From Yuukianura sp. NJ FZ-2021 (Eukaryota): 64,000 nt of DNA. Numbering within the stretch: position 1 is the stretch's first letter; every line of letters begins with the position of its first letter. Both the position numbers and the translations under genes were made by a program. Below, in pieces: positions 33,801 through 43,081 of the stretch. The notes under the pieces were generated by a model. The model did no database searches. It was not told the origin of the DNA and saw nothing but the letters and a program-made list of their open reading frames with translations. The stretch covers positions 2,046,001 to 2,110,000 of the forward strand of contig CM102287.1 of the NCBI GenBank assembly GCA_046563655.1, given 5' to 3'.

Positions 33801-35909
33801 AATATCTCAAATCAAACGAATACTTTCAGAGTTCTCAAAAATGTTCTTAAAATTAGTCAAAAAATTAATAACATAACTTAAATAATTTTAACGTATTTTA
33901 ACAGACCATTAGACATTTGTTAAGCGATATTCCATTGCTCGTTTCCGCAGAGCCATCAAACACGACTCTCAGTTTCGTAGTGGAGCTGGTATCCTTTAGT
34001 ACAAAGTGATGTGGAAGATAATTAGTTACTCCCATCACCTCACCTGCCCCCAACTTGGGAACCTGGACCATGTGACCAAGTTCAACATAATTACTCATGA
34101 ACTTACGGTGCTCGACCTTGTGTTCAGGATGTTTTTCTAATCTCCGTTCAATTCCGTACAGCCGTCTCATGACTATTTCTCGGGATGAACCTAAATTTTG
34201 GCAATTCTATTTAAATGGCAACTTGACAACATACCTTCCGTCATCATTCCTGGAGTGATTGGCTACAAAATGTGCCTCGGCGGCTTTCTCTTCCACTGTC
34301 AGTGGCTGGTGGTGTGGGACATTCTCCAATTCCCAAAATTTCTGCAAAATCTGATTAGTTTCCACTAAAGCGTGGTTCACACTCACCACACGGCCTGGTT
34401 TGACTGGACCGGAAATTACCCAACCGAGTTCTGTTTCTTCCGCTACTGGATGATTAAGGTCTCCTTGAACCTTTTTACCAGTTTTGAGACGAGCCACGAA
34501 TTCTCCTCCAATCAAAATGTCAATGTCATTTGGTTTGTAGAATTCCGGATCGGCCAACTCCAATTCGTCCAAGAATGTCCAATCACTCGGATTAATTTGA
34601 AATGATGGCAGTGTACCTGTTACCTTTGGTAAAATCAAAGCATTAACAGTGAGCTTGTAATTTTTTGCCATTGACTCGATTTGGAATGACGTTTCCCCAA
34701 GTGCTTTTTGCACCATGGCTCCAGAAATCCCTGTGTGTTCCACGACGGTTCCGACCTAAAAATTTGACACATCGTTCTGAAATGAAATTAGATTCCGAAC
34801 CTTGATCGAGTAGCACTCGACAACTTTGAAGATCTCCAATGGAATTTTGCACATTGACAATGGCTGTGGCTAAAACAACCCGTGCGCCTGCGCAATGATT
34901 GGCTGCAGTGGAGGTTCCCTGTTGACCTTCTGACTTTGGTTGACTTTCTGACCTTGGTTGTGGTTTCTCACGATGGAGAAGTGTATTGCGCTTCTTCTTA
35001 CACTTGCCACAAGTGAAAGGAGCACGACAATTTTCTGCAGTATGCGCCGGCCTTAAACAATTCAAACAAAGTTTATTAGTTCGGACATATTTTTCTCTTT
35101 GATCTTGAGGCATGGCTCCAAATTCTGGACTCAATGGAAATCAGCTTTGAGCTAATTCTCTCAATGAACTTGTCACAAATGTTAATTTCCTTTGCTTGCT
35201 TACGAAGTTCCTCATCGTCTTCGCAATTCATGTAAATCTCATGCCTAATCAAACCCAACTTAGACTCAAAGTTCTCGATGGCTACAGCAGCCCTTGCGAC
35301 TGCAGTTGAGGAAGTCCCAAGTTCCTCTATTTTCATATGGAAATACTGGAGGTCAAGGCCAAATCCCTTTAGTGACCTTCCCAGTTTCTTCATCGTTTCT
35401 GTTTCTGTAGATGGAAGTACGCTAATGCTGGTCCCTGCTGCTCCAACGCCTGCAACAGCCTTAGGTGTCCCAGTATCATCGCTCTTGTCCGCCATCTTGG
35501 ATATACTTGCTGCCTTGACTCGTGACCTCGTTCCTGACGCCGTGGTTACGGTACTATGGGCACTCAAGTCCACTCACTTACAGTTCAATGTCCGAATCGG
35601 TTCGTCATCCTTTGTGTAACAGGCAGTGGGATTGATTATGACTCACTGTAACCGTCTTTCGGCACCATGAAGATCGTTGGATGGAATGCCAGATTCTGAA
35701 CACTGAACGTTTTCTAATTGATTCATTTATTTAATAATTGAAAACTCAAAACTTACATTAGATGACTACTTAACTGGTTGAAGTTGCTGAAAAGTGAATT
35801 GTGAGAATCTAAAGTTGCTGCCTCTGCAAAAGCTACTAGAAAACTCTCTTCTTGTGGTGTATCTTTTTTCTGTAGTAAAGGAGGGAGCGGTACCTTTTAC
35901 ATACACATA
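30846..35909 (-). mobile_element. BEL/Pao LTR retrotransposon, degenerate and truncated
   Basis: Partial 5' LTR 35668-35909 and PBS TGGTGCCGAAA (35667-35657, tRNA-Phe-like). Gag knuckles CLNC...H...C, protease LLDQGSE, KLRVVFDGS, RT YVDD, Pao RNase H (HGFSDSS, LPRLELCGA), integrase GVDYAGP and SDCGSNF. Frameshifts, an internal gag deletion and a missing 3' end. Confidence 0.93.
33527..33903. mobile_element. Probable solo LTR inserted in the BEL RT
   Basis: TGTAAAAT...ATTTTAACA ends and 5-bp TSD GACCA (33522-33526 and 33904-33908). Removal restores LNKCLMVGPTVQ in frame. Confidence 0.75.
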
Positions 35910-37136
35910 GGGTCACATACCTAGGGTCACACATTCAACACAAAAGTTGTTGGCCTCGATGAGATGAACAACTTTTGTAGAGGTCATTTTCCATGTTACC
36001 GGGTGTAAAACCGGTTGACCTTGACCTTTGACCCGGAAGGAGTTGACACCCGGGGGTCATATTCAATAGTTACCAAGCCCGGGTCATGACATGGTCACCG
36101 GTGAAAACCGGAATGAAATCGGACCAGTAGTTTCTGAGATAATTAATCCGGACAGACAGACAGACGGACAGACAAACCTCTTTTATCATAATAGCTTCGC
36201 TATTATAATAAACCGGTTGTAAACCGCCCATACTGATAATAGCGAAGCAATAGGCCCCCCGAAGGGGGTTTGTTCCCCCCACTTTCCCGCCTCCCCCCTC
36301 CGGGGGGAGTGGGGGTGTGTTTTTCCCAGTTTTCCGCCCCCCCCCGGGAAGTAGGGGTGTTTTCCCGCTTTTTTGCTCCGCACCCCAGGAGGCGTGGGGT
36401 GTGTTTCCCCCACTTTCCCGCCCCCCCCCCCTCCCGGAGTAGTGGGGGTGTGTTCCCCCCACTTTCCCGCCCCCCAGGTTGTTTTGACAGGTGAGACGTG
36501 ACAGCTGAGGCGTGACAGGTGACACCCGGCAAGTGACACTTGAGGGTGCCAGGTGACACGCGGCACGTGACAGGTGACACCCGGCAAGTGACAGGTGACA
36601 CCCGGTATGTAACAGGTGACACCCGGCAATTAGCAGGTGACAGGTGACACCCGGCAGGTGACAGGTGACACCCGGCAATTAACAGGTGACAGGTGACACC
36701 CGGCAAGTGACAGGTGACACCCAGTGGACACAGTGCATTAGTGTGTAATGTGTATATGTCAAGTGCGTAATAGATTTTTTGCTAAGCAGAGAATCAAGTC
36801 CCATGCCAATTGCCTTTCCAGTCTCACAAGCAGAGATTTTGTTACACACACTTGCATTACAAATGACCTTTGAAATCGATTTTGACCCGGAAGCAGGTGA
36901 CCTAGGGTCACACATTACACACAAAAGTTGTTCCCCTCGATGAGATGAACAACTTTTGTAGAGGTCATTTTCCATGTTACCTGGGATGAAACCGGTTGAA
37001 CTTGACCTTTGACCCGGAAGGAGTTGACACCCGGGGGTCATATTCAATAGTGACCTAGTCCGGGTCATGACAGGGTCACTGGTGAAAACCGGAATCAAAT
37101 CGGACCAGTAGTTTCTGAGATAATTAATCTGGACAG

Positions 37137-37186
<50 letters not shown>

Positions 37187-38048
37187 CACTTTTATCATAA
37201 TAGCTTCGCTATTATAATAAACCGGTTGTAAACCGCCCATACTGATAATAGCGAAGCAATAGGGCACCCCGAAGGGGGTTTGTTCCCCCCACTTTCCCGC
37301 CCCCCCCCGGGGGAGTGGGGGTGTGTTTCCCCACTTTCCCGCCCCCCCCCGGGGGAGTGGGGTGTGTTCCCCCCACTTTTACGCCCCCCCGGGGAGTGGG
37401 GGTGTTCCCTCCACTTTTTTGTGAAGTGCCCCGGTTTTCCCCCTTTAGGTTAGGGTCAATTGCCCCTTGAGGTTAGGGAGTGGCCTTAGGTTAGTGTAGT
37501 TAGGCTAGTGGTTAGTCTTAGCGTTAGGTTAGTGAGATTGGTTTAGCGTTTTAGCGCGAGTTTTGAGTAGAGTTAGCGTGGTAGAGAGGAGAGAGACTGG
37601 TTGTGCCAGTCAGTCGGTATTTGGTGGTTGTCTAAGACTGTGTATCTTTTGTACAAATAAATATATTTTATATTTATTTGTCTTCGTGTCTTTCGTGTTG
37701 TTCTTTGGTGTCCCTTATGGTCCTCAGTTTTGTGGCATGAGTCCGGCAGTGCTCGGATCGTAGTCTGGAGGCCATCTTTGGCAGTTTTACGTAGCACGAG
37801 GTGCTACACATGGCGACCGTTTTGTGAGTGTTACTGCTGAGGTCAAAGGTCACAATGGTGTAACAACACATGGTGAGTGTTAAAAACTTTTATTCTGTGT
37901 CAAGTGGGATCAAGACATCATGTAATTGTTCGTGAGTGGACGTTACCCTTGGTCAAAGGGAATTGGCCTTAATTCCGAAGTGGATCATCTGTAAATTTTG
38001 TACATAGAAGGAGGAAGTTGCCGAAACAACTTCCACTGGATCCACTCC

Positions 38049-39581
38049 ATGTCAGACAGAAAACCAGTAAGTAAAGAATTAAAAAATCTTGAAATTGATC
38101 CTACAGTGACATTTAAGCTACCAGAGCTTAGTCCAACATCAGATTCGGAAGGACCGTTTCTCCGAAGTCAAGAAAGTAAAATTCCGACTCCAAGTACATC
38201 CCCAAAAATCATTGTCAGTGCTCCAGGTTCATCAGTAACCATGGCAACATACACCAAGGAGGAAGTGGACAGATTAGTGGCCGAGGCCGTGGCCCATGCC
38301 GTGCGCGGCGTGGAGCAGAGATTAGTTCAGCGGGTGACCGGTGGAGTCGCTGCGGTGACTCCAGCCCCTGCGGAGGCAGATCCAGTTGGTCAGACCCAAG
38401 CATTGATAACAGCATTGAAGAGTATCAAGTTCACATCATTATCATCTAAATTGCCTGTGCCGAGTTTTGATCCAAAGAAGATGTCAGCGGCAGGCTACCT
38501 TAGTGAAGTAGAGCGTTACTTCACAGCTCAAGGACATGAGCAAAGGCAGTTTCTTTATCTTGTGAAGACGGTCTTGCCTGTTGAATCTCAACCATGGCTA
38601 GACCACATCCTAGTGACAGTGACGGACTGGGATTCATTCAAAGATGCTTTTATCAACAGATATGATAATTGGATGGACGTGGCAGAACGAACGAGGCTTC
38701 TGCACACAAGAAGACAACAGTTCAACGAGTCTGTTGAATTTTATTTGTATGTTGTGGTTCGGTGCTCCAGATTAATTTATCCACATGAGTCAGTGGCTGA
38801 TGCAGTGTTACGTGCAAAATTAGGTTTGAATCCGAGGATTCGCACAGCCCTAGGAACTCAACAGTTCGACACAGTGGAATCACTTTTTGATGCATGTAGA
38901 ATTGCTCATGCTAATCTTACAGCAGAAGATAGAATCACAAAAAACAAATTCGGATTACCTCCAATTGTCAAGGTCGACTCAAAGTCAGAGTCAGTCAAGA
39001 AAGATGATAATTCCACTAATTCAAATGCTGGAAGTTCTGCTGGAACTTCCAATGGAAATAATTGGTTTCGTGGGAAGGAAGCTAAGAATAATGGCTTCCG
39101 TGGAAACTGGAAAGGCAAGGGAAATGGCTACAAGAATCATTCCAGTGATCAGTCCCCGACTAGTGGAAGTAATGGAAGTCCGAACAGTGGACATTCCTCA
39201 TCTCAACCTAATGACCAGTCACACGGTCAAAGTTCAAAATCCAATTATGACAAGAATTCAGTGCATCCTCAAAATGAATCATCTGCACGTGGGAAGGGCG
39301 GTTACCGTGGTAATCGTGGTTCTTCTAATGACAACGACCGAGGTGGTGGTCAAGGCAGAGGTCAAGGCCAGACCTCTAGGCAAGATTTAAGTGATGTTCA
39401 GTGCTTCAAGTGTAATGGTTTTGGGCATCGTAAGTTTCAGTGTCCATCAGGTGTTGGTTTGGCCTTAGGGTCATTTCATGAGGAGGTCCCTCAAGGACCT
39501 CCAGTTCCAAAAAAGAAGAAGGAGCCACCTGAAAAAAATGAAGCGTCAACTTCTAATGAGAAGTTAAACGCGCAGTGGTGA
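38049..39581 (+). CDS. gag: gag, family 2
   Basis: Capsid-like WDSFKDAFINRY and QQFNESVEFY; knuckle CFKCNGFGHRKFQC. First ATG is at 38049. Confidence 0.93.
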   Translation: MSDRKPVSKELKNLEIDPTVTFKLPELSPTSDSEGPFLRSQESKIPTPSTSPKIIVSAPGSSVTMATYTKEEVDRLVAEAVAHAVRGVEQRLVQRVTGGVAAVTPAPAEADPVGQTQALITALKSIKFTSLSSKLPVPSFDPKKMSAAGYLSEVERYFTAQGHEQRQFLYLVKTVLPVESQPWLDHILVTVTDWDSFKDAFINRYDNWMDVAERTRLLHTRRQQFNESVEFYLYVVVRCSRLIYPHESVADAVLRAKLGLNPRIRTALGTQQFDTVESLFDACRIAHANLTAEDRITKNKFGLPPIVKVDSKSESVKKDDNSTNSNAGSSAGTSNGNNWFRGKEAKNNGFRGNWKGKGNGYKNHSSDQSPTSGSNGSPNSGHSSSQPNDQSHGQSSKSNYDKNSVHPQNESSARGKGGYRGNRGSSNDNDRGGGQGRGQGQTSRQDLSDVQCFKCNGFGHRKFQCPSGVGLALGSFHEEVPQGPPVPKKKKEPPEKNEASTSNEKLNAQW

Positions 39582-39633
39582 ATGAGAAGTCGTCCATCAT
39601 TCACCCTACCTTAGTTCAAGTTTCGGACGATTT
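39563..39633 (+). promoter_or_regulatory. -1 ribosomal frameshift signal (G_TTA_AAC plus H-type pseudoknot)
   Basis: Heptamer at 39563-39569 and a 7-nt spacer. Stem 1 GGTGAATGA/TCATTCACC (39577-39585/39597-39605); stem 2 AAGTCGTCC/GGACGATTT (39587-39595/39625-39633). Pol is in the -1 frame. Confidence 0.8.
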
Positions 39634-42600
39634 AATTCCTTTTGTGACTGTGGCGAATGAAGATTCGAAATGTTTGGCTATTTTCGACACGGGATGTTCG
39701 CAGTCACTCATTGATGTACAGTTATGTGAAAAGTTACAGTCAGTTGTAGTTCCATTAAAAAATAAGTCTACAACTATGATGAATAGTCAGAAGCTGCGTC
39801 TCATTGGCTTCTGTTTTGTGTATATAAAAATTGGTGGTCGAACTTTGAAGTCAAAGTTCTATGTGGCGGAAGGTTTGCCAGTTAAGTGTGTGTTGGGTTC
39901 TGATTTTTGTTTTCAGAATGACATTGTAATTAGATTGAGAAGTAAAGAGTTTTGGTTTGGTGACAATGGAAGTCAGAAATTCAAATTGACTTCCACTACA
40001 GAAACAACCGGGACTGCGTTGTTTTCAGTGGCTTTACCAGTAAGCCATAATGAAGATAGTGAAGTGAGAGTGAGAGTTCAGCGTGTCCTAGAGAAATTTC
40101 CAACGGTCGTCCGGAGTGATGGGAAGTTGGGAAGGACGGACCTGACTCATCATGTGATAGAAGATGAAGGGTGTCCCCCGGCAAGGAACCCTTACAGAAG
40201 GTCACCAGAAATGCAGAAGATCATCAATGATCAAATTCAAGAAATGTTGAAGGAAGGTCTAATCAGACCTTCAAGGTCACCGTATGCAGCTCCAGTTGTG
40301 GTGGTACCAAAGAAAGACGGCAGTAAGAGACTTTGTGTGGACTATACATTGCTCAATCAGCAAACGAAGACGAATGCTGCGCCAATGGAGAGTGCTCATT
40401 CTATTTTACACACAATTCCTGCTGGTTATTGGTGCACAGTGATTGATCTTGCGAAAGGATATTGGCAAGTCAAGTTGCATCCGGACAGTGTTGAAAAGTC
40501 AGCGTTCGTGACTCAAGATGGCCATTACGAGTTCCTAGTGATGCCATTCGGATTAAAGAATAGTCCAAAGACGTGTCAGCAGTTGATGCGGAAAGTCATC
40601 CAAGGATTCTCCAAGTTTGCAAAGTGCTACATGGACGATATCATTTTGTTCAGTAAGACTCTGGATGAACATTTAGTGCATTTAGAAAAAGTGCTGAGTA
40701 GGTTGAAGATGGCAGGACTCACCATTAGTCCTCAAAAGTTACAGTGTTGTCGGCGTGAGGTTGATGTGTTGGGCCATCGTTTGACAGAACATGGTCTACA
40801 AAAGTGTCCTAAAAAAGTGAGTGCCATAGTGGATTTCCCTACTCCGAAGAACGTCAAGGAAGTTCAAAGTTTCCATGGAATGACTCAGTGGTATGCTCCA
40901 TTTATTGAACATTTTGCTGCAAAGGCAGAGCCACTGTACCGACTTCTAAGAAAAAACCAACCGTGGATTTGGGGAGAAGAACAGGAGAAGTCGTTCCAGT
41001 CACTAAAAGAGTCAATGTGCAACGATGTGATGTTACATGCAGTTGACTACGACCATCCGATTTTGTTGAAGTGCGATGCGTCGAATTATGGGTTGGGTGC
41101 GGCCTTAACTCAAGTCATCAATGGTGTGGAGAGACCAGTGATGTTTATCAGTAAAACACTCCGAAAATCAGAAATTCGGTACCACATTTACGAAAAAGAG
41201 TTGTTCGCGATTATTTGGGCCTACCGGAAGCTCAGAGAATACATTGAAGGTCAGAAGTTCACAATTATAACTGACAACAAAGCCTTATCATTCCTCAACA
41301 AGATGAAGGAGCGGAAAGCAAAATTGGCTTTGTGGGATACGGAGAACAAGTCATGGGGTGTCGAGATCAAGCATCGCTCCGGGAAGGATAATGTGGAGGC
41401 GGACGCGCTTTCACGTGCTCCAGTTCCTGTCGATGAAGCAGATCTCGATTTTGAAGATGATTCCCCGGCGTACATGTACTCGCCAACGGCCGTGGCGTTA
41501 CTGTCGTTTGATACTCCTACGATCCAGAGGATGAAAGACGAACAACGAAGAGATCCTGATTTAGTGAAAGTGATCAGTGACATTGAAAGTGGTAAAAGTG
41601 TAAAAAGTTACGTCCTAAAGAATGGCGTACTAGGCAGAGAAGTCAAGAGTTTTGACTTCTATTCCGATAATGGTTTCTGCGGAGACATTATCGAGGGGCG
41701 ATGTGCGGAAACGAGGCCTCAATCTTCCGACATCACTCTAGAGGATGTTGACGAAAAAGAGTTCAGCAGTTCCTCAGCTCGTAAAAGTGAGCTCATTCAG
41801 GTGCCAGTGGTACCAAGGGTCATGATACCCGAAATAATGAAGTTACTACATGATGTGCCAGAAGCAGCGCATCTTGGCATCAAAGCCACAAAAGTAAAAA
41901 TCAAACGAAGATTTTTCTGGAAAAACATGAATAAGGACATCAGTGATTATGTAAAGTCATGTCCAGTTTGTCAAGCAGTCAAGTCTTGCAACTACAAGCC
42001 CTTTGGATTATTGCAAGCAGTGTCTCCTCCTACTAAAGTGTTTGAGAAAATCTACATTGATTTTATGGGTCCACTGCCAAGATCTTCAAATCAAAATGAG
42101 TATTTGTTCGTCGTGGAAGACGATTTATCCAAGTGGGTGGAGTTATTCCCGATGCGGAAAGCAAAATCGAAAAAAGTTGTGGAAGTGTTAGTGAATGAAA
42201 TTTTTTGTCGTTATGGTACTCCGAAAACAGTTGTCTCGGATAATGGAAGCCAATTTCTGTCAAAAGTGATGATTAAGATGGCTAAGGACTGGAAGATCAA
42301 CCATGTTCCCGTAAGTCCGTACCATGCGCAAGCGAACACTGTGGAAAGAGTTAATCGAAACCTTAAGCCTATGCTCCAGGCTTATGTCGACAAGAATCAT
42401 AGATCATGGGACCAGCATCTCCAGAAGTTCGCATTGGCTCTTAGAACCTCTGTACATTCGACTACTAAAGTGACTCCTGCGTTACTAAATTTAGGTCGTG
42501 AGATTCCGCTGCCCCTTGATAGGAACTTACAAAGTGATGGTGACAGGGAAGTCCGGAAGTTAGGACTTCTGCCTGCTCAATTAGAAGAAATAATTCAGTT

Positions 42601-43021
42601 CGTGAGGAAGAACATGGAAGAAGCACATGAGCATAATATCAAGCATTATGACTCTAAACATCAAGAAGGAAACTTTCAAGTTGGTGATTTAGTGCTTATT
42701 AAAAACCATTCGTTGTCAGACAAGAAGAAAGGCATTGCTAAAAAATTAGATCCTCGATTTATTGGTCCATACCAAATTAGTGAAGTGTTAACCCCAGTGA
42801 CCTTCAAACTTGTGACATTGCCTGAAAAAACTAATTTTGGAAAGCGTCATGTGTCGGAGTTGAAGCCTTATACTGTTCGCACGTCGCAGTTTGTGGTTCC
42901 GAAAATTCCCACTAAGTCTGAGGATTGGTCGGACTCGGAGGAGGAAGCGAACTCTGGAGGAAGAACTTTGAGGAAAAAAGTTCGGCTCAACTACCGCACG
43001 CTCGCTGGATACAGAAGTTAA
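39563..43021 (+). CDS. pol: pol (PR-RT-RNase H-IN), intact
   Basis: IFDTGCS, YMDD, LKCDAS, HDVPEAAHLG...CPVC, IDFMGP/SDNGSQF/VERVNR and GPY in one uninterrupted frame. Confidence 0.97.
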   Translation, partial: VKRAVVNEKSSIIHPTLVQVSDDLIPFVTVANEDSKCLAIFDTGCSQSLIDVQLCEKLQSVVVPLKNKSTTMMNSQKLRLIGFCFVYIKIGGRTLKSKFYVAEGLPVKCVLGSDFCFQNDIVIRLRSKEFWFGDNGSQKFKLTSTTETTGTALFSVALPVSHNEDSEVRVRVQRVLEKFPTVVRSDGKLGRTDLTHHVIEDEGCPPARNPYRRSPEMQKIINDQIQEMLKEGLIRPSRSPYAAPVVVVPKKDGSKRLCVDYTLLNQQTKTNAAPMESAHSILHTIPAGYWCTVIDLAKGYWQVKLHPDSVEKSAFVTQDGHYEFLVMPFGLKNSPKTCQQLMRKVIQGFSKFAKCYMDDIILFSKTLDEHLVHLEKVLSRLKMAGLTISPQKLQCCRREVDVLGHRLTEHGLQKCPKKVSAIVDFPTPKNVKEVQSFHGMTQWYAPFIEHFAAKAEPLYRLLRKNQPWIWGEEQEKSFQSLKESMCNDVMLHAVDYDHPILLKCDASNYGLGAALTQVINGVERPVMFISKTLRKSEIRYHIYEKELFAIIWAYRKLREYIEGQKFTIITDNKALSFLNKMKERKAKLALWDTENKSWGVEIKHRSGKDNVEADALSRAPVPVDEADLDFEDDSPAYMYSPTAVALLSFDTPTIQRMKDEQRRDPDLVKVISDIESGKSVKSYVLKNGVLGREVKSFDFYSDNGFCGDIIEGRCAETRPQSSDITLEDVDEKEFSSSSARKSELIQVPVVPRVMIPEIMKLLHDVPEAAHLGIKATKVKIKRRFFWKNMNKDISDYVKSCPVCQAVKSCNYKPFGLLQAVSPPTKVFEKIYIDFMGPLPRSSNQNEYLFVVEDDLSKWVELFPMRKAKSKKVVEVLVNEIFCRYGTPKTVVSDNGSQFLSKVMIKMAKDWKINHVPVSPYHAQANTVERVNRNLKPMLQAYVDKNHRSWDQHLQKFALALRTSVHSTTKVTPALLNLGREIPLPLDRNLQSDGDREVRKLGLLPAQLEEIIQFVRKNMEEAHEHNIKHYDSKHQEGNFQVGDLVLIKNHSLSDKKKGIAKKLDPRFIGPYQISEVLTPVTFKLVTLPEKTNFGKRHVSELKPYTVRTSQFVVPKIPTKSEDWSDSEEEANSGGRTLRKKVRLNYRTLAGYRS

Positions 43022-43081
43022 CACGTGCTCTGTTCAGTTGTTCTTTTTCAGTGTTTTGGAAGTCATTTTGTGACTTCCATC

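Noticed and set aside
36070..37098. ORFs with PGVTCHL repeats
   Set aside because: Open in several frames because of 21-bp minisatellites in non-coding HINE copies.
37445..37580. TTAGG telomeric repeats
   Set aside because: Only scattered, degenerate TTAG(G) motifs within the family 2 LTR; no true array.
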